64,000 nucleotides of DNA from Trueperaceae bacterium (GTDB lineage: Bacteria > Deinococcota > Deinococci > Deinococcales > Trueperaceae): assembly GCA_965215565.1 (NCBI GenBank), contig CBDCDZ010000004.1, positions 928,001 through 992,000 of the forward strand, read 5' to 3'. A program made the translations under genes and the position numbers. Below the pieces are notes generated by a model. That model had not been told where the DNA came from and did not search any database. It saw only the letters and a program-made list of their open reading frames with translations. This document shows, in pieces, positions 28,942-39,200 of the stretch (position 1 is its first letter; every line of letters starts with the position of its first letter).

Positions 28942-31065
28942 TCACGAAGCGTAAAAGTGTTGACCTCCTTGCGCGTAGTCTTTGAGTAGCGCTGCAGGCT
29001 TGAAACGTACACCGTGTTGCTGCTCCAACTTTTCCAACCTCATCACCGCTTCACTCAGCCCGATATGGTCTAAATACCAGAACGGTCCACCCAAAAAAGG
29101 CGGAAAGCCCAGACCAAAGACCGCGCCCACGTCGCCATCTCTTGGCGAGTTGAGCACCTCTTCTTCCAAGCAGCGCACCGCCTCGTTGACCATAACCAAG
29201 GACAGACGTTCTTGTACAGCCTCCTTGCCAAACTGCTTGCGCCCGGAGCCGCCAAAGAATTTGTAAATCTCTTCGTTGACCTCTCTACTCTTCTTTCCCT
29301 CTTCGTACTTGTAGAAACCCTGCTTGTTTTTACGTCCTTTGTACCCCGCCTCGACGACATCTTTACCTTTAGAACTCAGGTTGACGCCGCGCTCTTCCAA
29401 GAAGGGACGCATGACCTCATTAATTTTCGCGCCAACGTCAATACCAACTTCATCTAAGAGCTTAATCGGACCGACAGGGAAGCCGAAGTCCTTCATCGCC
29501 TTGTCGATTTCTCCAATGTCGCCTCCCTCTTCCAACATCACCAACGCTTCATTCATGAAAAGCGAGAGGATGCGTGTCGTGTAGAAGCCGGGCGCGTCGC
29601 CCACGACGACGACGGTTTTGCCTTGCTCCAATCCTGCCTGAAACGCCGTTCCCACAACCCAATCGGGCGTCTTATCGGTTTTGACGATCTCTAAAAGAGG
29701 TAGTTTTTGCACGGGCGAGAAGTAGTGCATTCCCACGACTTGCTCAGGACGTTTCGCCTTCGCCGCCACCTCTTTGATCGGAATCGAAGAGGTGTTTGTC
29801 GCAAAGACAAGGTCTTCTTTCGCCACCTCTTCGACTTCGCTCAGAACCTTTTGCTTGAGACTGACCTCTTCCAGCACGGCTTCAATCACTAAGTCAACCT
29901 TGTCGAACGAGTCGTAATCCTCCACGGGCGTCACACGCTCAGAGATGAGGTCGCGCTCGAATTCGCTGCGCCCCTTGCCGACACGCTTCGAGAGGTCTTT
30001 CCAAATCGCGCCTTTGCCCTTCGCCGCTTGTTCGAAGTTCTGGTCTTTGAGTAAAACCTCGTGCTCGCCCTCCGCGCTCACCTGCGCGATGCCTGCGCCC
30101 ATCAAGCCTGCGCCCAGGACGCCAACGTGCTCGACGTGCTTAGCACTATCTTTATACGGATTTTTCTCCGAGGCGTTCTTGGCGAAGAAGAGGTGAACTA
30201 AGGCCTTGGACTCAGGCGTGAAGACGAGTTCGGCGAAGTTGTCCGCCTCGGCTTGGAGTCCCGCTTTCATTCCTTTTTCCTGCCCGACGCGCACCGTTTT
30301 GATGATTTTAGGCGGCGCGGGGTAGTTGCCGCGCGTGCGCTTTCGGACGCTTTCTTCGGCTTGTTGGTAGACGATGCGGCTTAAAGGAGTACGCTCCAAG
30401 AGCTTGTCACGCCAGCCCTGCGAGTTGCGCTTGGACGTCAGCTTGCCCAAAAGAAGCCCTTGCGCCGCCTCTTTCGCTGCGCGGAGGAGTCCGGGCGGGT
30501 GGATGAGGGCGTCCACTAAACCCATCTTTTTGGCGGGTTTGGCGTAGATGTTTTTACCCGTGAGAATCAGCTCGAGCCCCTTTTGCACCCCCACCAAACG
30601 CGGCAACCGCTGGCAGCCGCCGAGCCCCGGTAAGAGTCCCAAGTTAACTTCGGGCAGCGCGAATTTCGTCTTCTCGTGCTCCGAGGCGATGCGGTACGAG
30701 CAGGCGAGGATGAGTTCTAAGCCGCCCCCTACCGCCGGTCCGTGCACCGCTGCCACGACAGGTTTGCTCAAATTCTCCAAGCGGTTGAAGAGTTCGTGCC
30801 CCTCTTGGATGAGTTCCTTGACCTCTTCGGGCGTTTTGTACTCTCTAAACTCTCCTATGTCCGCGCCGACGATAAAGGAGTCCTTTTTGCGGCTGTAGAG
30901 CACGGCGGCTCGGATGTCGCGCTCTTGCTCGAGCCTGTCCAACACCTCACCAAACTCGCGCATCGCCGCCGTGGAGAGCTTGTTGACCTTTTCGGGCCCG
31001 TCTAAGTAGATAACCGCGACGCCTTTATCTTTTTGCGCGTCGAAGTCGATGTCGAAGTAGGTCAT
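28942..31065 (-). CDS. fadJ: Fatty acid oxidation complex alpha subunit (enoyl-CoA hydratase / 3-hydroxyacyl-CoA dehydrogenase)
   Basis: FIVGADI, GGGLEL, LPEV.LGLLPG, GAGLMG.GIA, NTSSIPI, GMHYFSPV, GFPPFLGGP. Confidence 0.9.
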   Translation of the reverse strand: MTYFDIDFDAQKDKGVAVIYLDGPEKVNKLSTAAMREFGEVLDRLEQERDIRAAVLYSRKKDSFIVGADIGEFREYKTPEEVKELIQEGHELFNRLENLSKPVVAAVHGPAVGGGLELILACSYRIASEHEKTKFALPEVNLGLLPGLGGCQRLPRLVGVQKGLELILTGKNIYAKPAKKMGLVDALIHPPGLLRAAKEAAQGLLLGKLTSKRNSQGWRDKLLERTPLSRIVYQQAEESVRKRTRGNYPAPPKIIKTVRVGQEKGMKAGLQAEADNFAELVFTPESKALVHLFFAKNASEKNPYKDSAKHVEHVGVLGAGLMGAGIAQVSAEGEHEVLLKDQNFEQAAKGKGAIWKDLSKRVGKGRSEFERDLISERVTPVEDYDSFDKVDLVIEAVLEEVSLKQKVLSEVEEVAKEDLVFATNTSSIPIKEVAAKAKRPEQVVGMHYFSPVQKLPLLEIVKTDKTPDWVVGTAFQAGLEQGKTVVVVGDAPGFYTTRILSLFMNEALVMLEEGGDIGEIDKAMKDFGFPVGPIKLLDEVGIDVGAKINEVMRPFLEERGVNLSSKGKDVVEAGYKGRKNKQGFYKYEEGKKSREVNEEIYKFFGGSGRKQFGKEAVQERLSLVMVNEAVRCLEEEVLNSPRDGDVGAVFGLGFPPFLGGPFWYLDHIGLSEAVMRLEKLEQQHGVRFKPAALLKDYAQGGQHFYAS

Positions 31066-32402
31066 GCTTGCCCCCCGTTTTTACTTGCGCTCTCTACGTA
31101 ACTCCCGCCTTCATACCGCTCTAAGAGCATCGCGTGACCTAAACCTCCCGCCGCGCACGCCGTGACAAGCGCGATCTGTTTATCCTCTGCGTGAAGGCGG
31201 TGCGCCGCCGTGGTGACGAGACGTGCGCCCGTCGCGCCGAAGGGGTGACCCAAGGAGAGCGAGCCGCCCCAGGGGTTGATCTTGTCCATATCCACATCGC
31301 CGATACGCTTGTCTCGCCCGAGTTTTTCCTTGGCGAATTCGTCTGACTCGACTGCGGTTAAAACTGCCAAAACCTGCCCTGCGAACGCTTCATGAAATTC
31401 AATCACGTCCACATCGTCAAAGGTGATGCCTGCCGCGCCCATAACTTGCGGCACCGCGTACGCCGGACCCAAGAGGAGTTCGTCTTTGGGGTCTTGGGCG
31501 ACGAAGGTGTAGTGGCGTAAGTAGGCGGCGGGCGTGTAGCCGAGGGCCTGCGCGGTCTCTTCTGCCATGAGGAGCGTCGCCGCTGCGCCATCCGTAAGGG
31601 GCGAGGCGTTGCCTGCGGTGACGGTGCCGAACGGTTTAACGAAAACGGGCTTTAAGGTGGAGAGTTTTTCCAAGCTCGTATCTGCACGGAAGGTGTTGTC
31701 GTGCTCTAAAGGCTTGAATTTGGGCGGCACGGCAGTCGGGAGAATTTCGGCGTCTAACTTGCCCGCTTCCGTCGCCTTCGCCGCCGCGTGGTGTGAACGG
31801 AGCGCGTACTCGTCTTGCGCCTCGCGGGAGACGCCGAACGCCGCTGCGAGCTTGTCCGCGCTCTCGCCCATCACCTCGCCTGTCGAATATTCGGAAACCG
31901 AAGGCGCGGTGGGCAAGAGGTCGCTCGGCGAAAGTCCCTGCAAAAACTTGCGGAAGTCCAGCGGATTTTTGTACTTCTGCGTCTCGTAGAGCCGTTTGCG
32001 CATGTCCTTGTCGAACTGCGGCGGCGCGTCCGAAAGGGTCTCGACGCCGCCCGCGATGACGATGTCCGCTTGGCCGGTGCGGATGAGGTCCGCGCCGCTC
32101 GCAATCGCCTGGTTCGCCGAAATACACGCCATCGTGACGGTGTGCGCGGGCACGCTGACGGGAAAGCCCGCGCCCAGCGCCGAATCTCTGGCGACGTTGC
32201 TGGTGCGCACATTTTGTACGACGGTGCCCATGATGACGCGGTCTACCTTGTCGGCGTCCAACTCGCTCCGCGTCAAAAGCCCCTTTAGTACAGTGCGCCC
32301 GAGGTCGTAGGAGATAAGGTCGAAGTATTCCGTGCCCGCCCGCATGAAAGGCGTGCGGCAGCCGTCTACGAGGACGACATTTCTGCCATTGTTATTTTTC
32401 AT
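31062..32402 (-). CDS. fadI: 3-ketoacyl-CoA thiolase (FadI type)
   Basis: TMACISA, HEAFAGQ, GHPFGATG, ACAAGG; coupled to fadJ. Confidence 0.9.
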   Translation of the reverse strand: MKNNNGRNVVLVDGCRTPFMRAGTEYFDLISYDLGRTVLKGLLTRSELDADKVDRVIMGTVVQNVRTSNVARDSALGAGFPVSVPAHTVTMACISANQAIASGADLIRTGQADIVIAGGVETLSDAPPQFDKDMRKRLYETQKYKNPLDFRKFLQGLSPSDLLPTAPSVSEYSTGEVMGESADKLAAAFGVSREAQDEYALRSHHAAAKATEAGKLDAEILPTAVPPKFKPLEHDNTFRADTSLEKLSTLKPVFVKPFGTVTAGNASPLTDGAAATLLMAEETAQALGYTPAAYLRHYTFVAQDPKDELLLGPAYAVPQVMGAAGITFDDVDVIEFHEAFAGQVLAVLTAVESDEFAKEKLGRDKRIGDVDMDKINPWGGSLSLGHPFGATGARLVTTAAHRLHAEDKQIALVTACAAGGLGHAMLLERYEGGSYVESASKNGGQA

Positions 32403-32406
32403 GCTT

Positions 32407-33039
32407 CTATCGTACTTGGTTTAGCGGCTCAGCGGTGCGCTCGAAATCTTGTACTTCAACTGTGTTTCCCCTCAACCTCGTCACCACCGCGAGCGTCACG
32501 ATAGGAACGCCAACCTCTTGCAGCGCCTCGCGTCCCCCTTCAAAGGATTTCTCAATCACACAGCCGATACCCAAGAGGTCCGCGCCGCACTGTTCGATGA
32601 GGTCAACGAGGGCGACGAGCGTTTTCCCCGACGCTAAGAAGTCATCAATGAGCAGGACCCGGTCATCCTCAAACAGATATTCGGGCGAGATGATGAGCTT
32701 GGTCACGCCGCCTTTGGTGTGGCTCGGGGCTTCGGCTTCGTACACGCCCCCATTTTCAACATTGCCAGCCATCGTGACGGGGCGCGTCTTTCGGGCGTAA
32801 ACGACGGGAACGCCTAGCGCGATACCTGTGGCTAACGCCGGAGCGATGCCGCTGACTTCCGCCGTGACGATTTTGGTAACGCCCGTAACCTCTTCTTCGT
32901 AAAAACGCTCCACGAAGGTTTTACCCATCTCGAGCGTCAAGTCGGGCTCGAGCCTATGGTTGATAAACCCGTCCACCTTGAGAATGCCGTTACCTAAATG
33001 CTGCCCCTCCGCCCGAATCCGTTCAACCAGCTTTTGCAT
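32407..33039 (-). CDS. xpt: Xanthine phosphoribosyltransferase
   Basis: ILKVDGFINH, VLLIDDFLASG, IEKSFEGGR. Confidence 0.93.
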   Translation of the reverse strand: MQKLVERIRAEGQHLGNGILKVDGFINHRLEPDLTLEMGKTFVERFYEEEVTGVTKIVTAEVSGIAPALATGIALGVPVVYARKTRPVTMAGNVENGGVYEAEAPSHTKGGVTKLIISPEYLFEDDRVLLIDDFLASGKTLVALVDLIEQCGADLLGIGCVIEKSFEGGREALQEVGVPIVTLAVVTRLRGNTVEVQDFERTAEPLNQVR

Positions 33040-33170
33040 ACGCCCTCCTCATGACCTCTTCGCCCGAGCATCTTACCTCAGCGAAAGGCGTGGCAACCCC
33101 GCCTTTTAGCTTTTGGCCCAGTTCCTGTGAGACTTTTCGCGAGGTGAAGAATTTTCTCTAGCTAAACTCA

Positions 33171-33599
33171 ATGTCGATGATACGTGAGCGAATACCACAC
33201 AACTTAATCGTTTTAGTCTCGAGCCTGCTCATCCTGCTTGTAGGGTGTAGCGCGGAGCAGGTTAGTCGAAGTGCGGATGTTATCTCGAGCTTCCGAACGA
33301 CTAGGGGCAAAGACGCAACTTATCAGGTAGGCGACAACATCACGTTTTCTTTTAGGCTCGCTCGAGCGGGCTACACCGAACTCGAGATAAGAGACCCGGA
33401 CGGCGAGGTTTACATCCTGCAAAACCTTTCCGGGTACGCGCCAGCAGGTGAGCGCACCCTTCCCGAACCGGACTCACCCTATGCACTCGAGCTAGGCGAG
33501 CCTACAGGAGAGCACACCGTCACCCTCCACTACCGAAACGAGTCAGCGCGTCCTAGCGTCACGGATAGCGCAACGCTTACATTTGAAGTCGCACCGTAG
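33171..33599 (+). CDS. Lipoprotein with DUF4384-like beta domain
   Basis: Lipobox LVGC; YQVGD.I.F.F...GY......DPDG pattern. Confidence 0.65.
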   Translation: MSMIRERIPHNLIVLVSSLLILLVGCSAEQVSRSADVISSFRTTRGKDATYQVGDNITFSFRLARAGYTELEIRDPDGEVYILQNLSGYAPAGERTLPEPDSPYALELGEPTGEHTVTLHYRNESARPSVTDSATLTFEVAP

Positions 33600-33874
33600 C
33601 TCCTTACCGTGCTCCAGATAACAAACTGATGCAAACATAACTGTGGGTTTCACAATGACCAAACCACCGCAAGTCAAAAGCTTGCGGTGGTTTTTTAGGT
33701 TTCCTCCTCTACAAAACGGAACGCTGACGAAACGCTCCCCCATAGAGAATAGCGGTAGTCGAACTCTCGAGGTCCGAATCCAAGGTCTCGAGAAAGGAGG
33801 CACGTCTCTACCGCTGTCCACCCCTCCGCTCTCTTAATTCAACGGCTCATAGAGCCACAAGGAGTTATCTTTAG

Positions 33875-35413
33875 ATGACAAGACGAAAACGTATGACGAA
33901 ACGCTTGAACGTTACAGCGCTGCTAGGACTCGCGCTCACTGTTCTGGCTGCCTGCACGCAAGGCGAAGAAGATTTCCGCACCTCCGACGAGGTGACGCTG
34001 CAAGTCGCCGCGATTCCGGCTCAGGTCACGAAAGTGACGCTCGAGGTTGACGGAAAAAGCTACGACGCTGCGCTGGGCGAGAACGCAGCCAGCCTCACGC
34101 TCAGCAACTTGGCGCTTAAAAATACCACGTTCACTACGCGCGGCTTAGACGCAAAGGGCATCGTGCTCTATAAGGGCGTCGAAACGAAAAGCGTTACGGA
34201 AGACACCGACACCATCGAGTTGACGATGGACCGCCTCACGAGCAACGTGAAAGTCAACCTCACGGGCGTAGTCGCGGGCGAAACGCTCAGGGCGACAGTT
34301 GGCGGCGTGGTGCAGGAGTTGGGCAACTCGCGCACCCTTGCAGGCGTTAAGACCGGCGCGGACCAGACCCTCATCGTTGAAGGTTATGACGGCGGCGCGC
34401 GTATGCGCCAAGGCAGCGCGAGCTTCAATCTCTCCGAAGGCACCGCAACGGTCAGCGTCACCCTCACCGCCCTCGGCACCGACAACGTCGCGCCGAACGC
34501 ACCCAGACTGAGCGCACCCGACACCGTCACCGAAGGCGAAGCCTTCACCCTGAGCGTTGACGCGAGCGACGCCGACGGCAACTTGGCGAGCATCAAGGTG
34601 GAGTGGGGCGACGGTAGCGACGCGAGCACCGCAACGATCAGTGGCAGCGCCGCTAAGAAGGACTTTACGCACACCTACGCCGCCGCAGGTCCGCAGAAAC
34701 CCACCGTCACCGTGACCGACGCGAAGGGTGTCTCAGCGCAAGCCAGCATGACCGTCGACGTCGAAGCGGTAGACGTACCCGACGACACCGACGTGAACAT
34801 CGAGACGGGCAAAGAGACGCGCCTCGTCACCGTGACGGCTACGGATGTGCCTGCAGGTACAGTCGGGGTTGAAGCCACCATAACAAACAGCGCAGGTGAA
34901 AAAACAGTCTTCGGTCTCGTTAAGAATGGTGCAACCTGGCGCGGCTCTGCGGAACTTCTCAATGACACGGCGTACAGCGTCGTTTTAGACTATGGCGGCG
35001 CGAAGAGCGACGCTAAAACCTTCAATTTGGATGACGGCACAGGTGACTTCAACGTCACCGTGTCGCTCGGCGCAACCGGCAACACTAACAGCGCCCCCGT
35101 TGCCGCAAACGACGTCGTGACGCTCTACACGAACGACGGCACCTGGACCTTCAACCCGGTGAACGCGAGCGGCACCGACACAACGCTCGGTAGCAGCGCG
35201 GATACCGATACGGACGGCGACAGCTTGACCATCATCAGCTTCACGCAGCCGGCTGTCGGCAGCCTCACCTTGAGCGGCAACACCTTCACCTACAATGTGC
35301 CGACGCGCGAAGCCAGAACCTCATTCACCTACGTCATCTCCGACGGTAAGGGCGGCGAAGCGACGGGGACGGTTAAGCTAGACGTCTTTACGGGTGTGGG
35401 TTTAGGCGGCTAA
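33875..35413 (+). CDS. Surface lipoprotein with PKD and cadherin-like Ig domains
   Basis: Lipobox LAAC; WGDG..HTY PKD; N.APVA.ND, D.DGD.L, FTY.ISDG.GG. Confidence 0.85.
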   Translation: MTRRKRMTKRLNVTALLGLALTVLAACTQGEEDFRTSDEVTLQVAAIPAQVTKVTLEVDGKSYDAALGENAASLTLSNLALKNTTFTTRGLDAKGIVLYKGVETKSVTEDTDTIELTMDRLTSNVKVNLTGVVAGETLRATVGGVVQELGNSRTLAGVKTGADQTLIVEGYDGGARMRQGSASFNLSEGTATVSVTLTALGTDNVAPNAPRLSAPDTVTEGEAFTLSVDASDADGNLASIKVEWGDGSDASTATISGSAAKKDFTHTYAAAGPQKPTVTVTDAKGVSAQASMTVDVEAVDVPDDTDVNIETGKETRLVTVTATDVPAGTVGVEATITNSAGEKTVFGLVKNGATWRGSAELLNDTAYSVVLDYGGAKSDAKTFNLDDGTGDFNVTVSLGATGNTNSAPVAANDVVTLYTNDGTWTFNPVNASGTDTTLGSSADTDTDGDSLTIISFTQPAVGSLTLSGNTFTYNVPTREARTSFTYVISDGKGGEATGTVKLDVFTGVGLGG

Positions 35414-35431
35414 ACCTCACCTCCAGCACAA

Positions 35432-35565
35432 TAGCAGGTATCATCTGGTCTGAGACACTCTCACTGTAGAAAACACTGTTTCACTGCGTGAAAACTTCGT
35501 AATTAGCACGCACTTTATGAGATGATATCTGCGGCACTCCGTCTCAGTATGTTTTGGAAGTGCTA
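35432..35565 (-). repeat. Dispersed repeat family 1, 134-bp copy
   Basis: TAGCAGGTATCATCTGG...CAGTATGTTTTGGAAGTGCTA. Confidence 0.9.
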
Positions 35566-35733
35566 CAAGATGCTCTAGGACCGCTACACTTACGTGTGGC
35601 GGTCCTTCTTTGGGGCAAAAAGAGCAGGGACACAAGAGGCAGCTCGAGCCCATCCGTCAACGTCATTGACCACGTCTATCAGCAATTCCACGCCGTAACG
35701 CTCGAGGAATGCCCGGCACCTTAAACTCAACCT

Positions 35734-35919
35734 ATGCACCTACAGACCTCAGGCTTCGTCGTCCGCGTCCGCTGGTCAGATGACGCCCGGAACACGCCGC
35801 ACATCACCTTACAAAACGTCAGCACCAAAGAGGTGCTCACCCTGAGCAGTTGGTCCGCCTTGCTCGAGGCGATGCAGCAGCCACCCGCTCCTGCTACGCC
35901 AGTAGAGAAGCTCGACTAA
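35734..35919 (+). CDS. Small hypothetical protein (61 aa), probably leaderless
   Basis: ATG 7 nt after a TAAACT -10; terminator AAAAGGACGCG...CGCGTCCTTTT at 35943-35974. Confidence 0.65.
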   Translation: MHLQTSGFVVRVRWSDDARNTPHITLQNVSTKEVLTLSSWSALLEAMQQPPAPATPVEKLD

Positions 35920-35984
35920 GACCTCCGCCAGCACTCATTTTCAAAAGGACGCGCAGCGAACCGCGCGTCCTTTTCTTCGGACTC

Positions 35985-36112
35985 GCCACTGGAGGCGGAC
36001 TAAGGGTCAAAACAAGGGGTTTCAACCCCTTGTTCATCCCACCGAGACAGCAGAAGGAGCGCACGGCGGCGTTTGGCTTAGAACCCTTGCTGAAAGGTGT
36101 AGGTGGATAGCG
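35985..36112 (+). repeat. Dispersed repeat family 3 (CAAGGGGTT..AACCCCTTG palindrome), copy 1
   Basis: Colinear with the reverse complement of 49159-49313 (GTCAAAACAAGGGG, CAGAAGGAGCGC, TTAGAA.CC). Confidence 0.8.
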
Positions 36113-36237
36113 CGTCCTAGAGTCGGAACGCCTGCGTAACGCTCCAGTGCGCACAATACAACCCGGAGGCTTCGACTCATGACCCAACGACATCTTACCC
36201 CCTCTTCCTTCCCCGGCTCACACGCTTTAAGATACCT

Positions 36238-39200
36238 ATGAAAAAATTTCTTCTTTTATCTCTCCTTATCCTCGCCGCTTGCAACCAGGCGGCGCTGCCC
36301 GAAACGAAAGTCGGTAGTGAAACGCCCGAAGCGCGCACCAGCCGTCTGCTGAGCGACGAGACGCTCGAGGTCAACTTCCAGGTGGACCCAGCTAAGGATC
36401 AGCTCGCGACGCTGAGCACCTCACCCTTCAGCACGCAAGCGGTTGATATCGACTTGCAGTCCTCCTCTAAAGGGCTCGTGGATAAAGACGGGACGCGCTA
36501 CCTTTACGGCACGTTCGACATCACGAACACCTCCGGTGAGACCTTGGAGAACCTCTCGTTTTACGCGCTCTCCACGGCGCGCACGCTCGGCGGCACGGCG
36601 ATGTCGAACCTCTTGGACGCGAACAACCAAGCGGTCACGGACCCGGCGTTCGCCCGCACTATCTTACCAACGCACCGGACGCGCAACAACAGCGGCATGT
36701 TAGTCGTCAAGGCGGATGAGGCGGACTTTCAGGGCTACAGCGCCGCGCAGGTTGCGCAGGTCCAAGACCAACTCGGCGTGGGGCGCAACGTCTTGGACTA
36801 CGGCTTCACCGCGCGCAACGAAGCGGGCACGCGCCCTATCGCGCCCGGCAAAAAAGGCTCCGTGACCTTCGCCATCAAATTTCCTTACGAGCCGAGCGAT
36901 TCGGCGGACTACCCCTTCTCCTTCACGCTTTCCTTCACCATCGTGGACGACGCGGCGCGGCAAGTGACGAGAAGCGCCGAAGAGAACCCGAACAGCGCCC
37001 GTGACGTATGCAGACGGGCACAAGAGGTCGGTGCAGGGCGCGTCGTCGTCATTGGGAACGAGCCGAGCAGTGCACCTTGTGACCTGGTGCGCCTTAATGA
37101 CATCAAAGTCGCGACTGCGACGGGCACGCTCCCCGCGAAGTACCTCTTAGGAGAGGGTCCCGGCGCAGCCATCCCCGACTTGCAAGTGAGCGAAACGCGC
37201 TTGGTGTATACCGAGCAAAATGGCGGTGAGAGTGCGCAAACGCTCACCTTACGCAACTTCGGCAGCGGCGCACTCACCGTCAGCAGCTTAGACCTCTCAG
37301 GCAGCAACGCCGATCAGTTCAGCGTGGACGGCGCAGCATTCCCCCTCACCCTTCAGCCCGGAGGAACGAGCGACGTCACCGTGACCTTCGCGCCGAGCAG
37401 CTTAGGACCTCAGGGCGCACGCTTAGATATTCAGAGTAGCGACGCAGACAGCCCCAACATGAGCGTCTCGCTACGCGGCTTGAGCGTCAAAGGAACGGGC
37501 GGCAGCAATGAGCCCTCCTTGCAGTGGATTTTGGATACGTTAGAGATTGACATTGACGTGGGCGACCCCGATCCGAGCAACAACGTGATGCCGACGCGCG
37601 ACCTCTTAGGCGACGAAGTCAAGGCACAACGCTTCGCCAAGGCGGGCTCCGGTCCCGTCACAGCCGAAACGCTCGCCGTGTTCGGTCCTGACAGAGACAG
37701 CCCCGTCACCACCTTCGGCTGGTACGAAGCGGGCGACGCGAACAGCGTCACTAACCTCTTCAGCGTCACCAATTCGCCCAAGTCGAACGCGCAGCGCCTC
37801 TTACCTCCGGTTGAGGGCTCCACGAGCTTCGACCCCGGCAGCAAAGAATTCGGCATCGTCTCGAGCTGGCCCTTCTTCAATAACCGCAAGCTCTACAGCG
37901 AAGACGCGCTCAACACCTTTTCCGGCGCGGTTCCCCACCACGTGCGCGCCTACCCCTTGTCCGGTGAAGATAACGCCTTTGTTATCGCTACCGAAGAGCA
38001 CGTCAGCGGCTTCGACTACCAGGACATCGTCGTCATCTTGCGCAACGTCACACCTGTCGCCCTGCCCGAGCCCGTGGGCTGCGCGCCCATCTCCGCGCTC
38101 CTCTGTAACGAAGTCGCCGTGAGCTTGCCCTACAACCTCACCTTTGACGGCAACGAAGGCAAGTTGGCGGACAAGAACGGCGTTGGCACTGGCTTCACAA
38201 TGGTGGACGCGCCCTCCTCGCCTCTTACCACCCCAAGCAACCCGCAGCTTCCCGGCTACGAGCCGAGCAAACTGAGCGCCGTGAACGGCAGCCTCACATT
38301 CACTACGACGAAAGGCATCCAGTACGTGGAGCCGAGCACGAGCAGCGAGACCAACTCGCAGGTCAACGCGCTAGGTGTCGGTGTGGACGGGGGCGCGAAG
38401 CTCCGCATCGAAACCACCCTCACGGACCTCAGCTTCCCGAACAACAACCAGTATCAGCAAGCGGGTCTCTGGTTCGGCTTGGACGAAGACAACTACGCCA
38501 AGCTTGTCGTGCTGAACCGGGGCAACGGGCAAGCGGGTATCCAACTCGCTAGGGAGGAGAACGCTGTTCTTGGCGGTGACGACCAGCTAAACTCGGCGCT
38601 CCTCAATTTGAACGGCAAAAACGTTAAGCTCATCCTCGAGCTAGATCCCGTGACTCGTCAAGCCACCGCGTCTTACGGCGTAGACGGCGGCGCAGAAACG
38701 GTATTTGCGAACCTCGAGCTGCCCGAAACGCTCTTCGTAGGTCAAACCATCGGCGGCGACACGGTTAGCTTTGCGGGACTTTTCGCCACGCACCGCCGCG
38801 CGTCAAGTGCCATGACCTTCACCTTTGCCGACTTCAGCGTCGAGCAGCCCAAGACCTTAGCCCCCAGCGGCACGCTCAGCTTAGAGAACCGTGACTGGAC
38901 CTCTGAGCAGATTTCCGCCGAGGCGAAGGGGCACTTCGACAACTGGCTCGCTTTTAACCGCATCACCAGCGATAAGGATGCTCCCCGCACGCACGACACG
39001 GTCACGCTGCGCCTCAACAACCCCTCGGATGAGGTCTTGAAGGTCTCGAGCTTGACCCTCGTCAACAACACGAACAACGCCGCAGGTCTAGCGGCGTATA
39101 GCCTTCTAAACGGCGAAGCGCCCAGCGTAGAGAATCCTTTAGAGATCGCCACAGGCAGCTTCCACGACCTCAGTGTGGCGTTCACCTACCCGCGCGCGAG

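Noticed and set aside
33040..33170. Purine riboswitch before xpt
   Set aside because: No TCGTATAA...TTTCTACC...CCGTAAA core on the minus strand.
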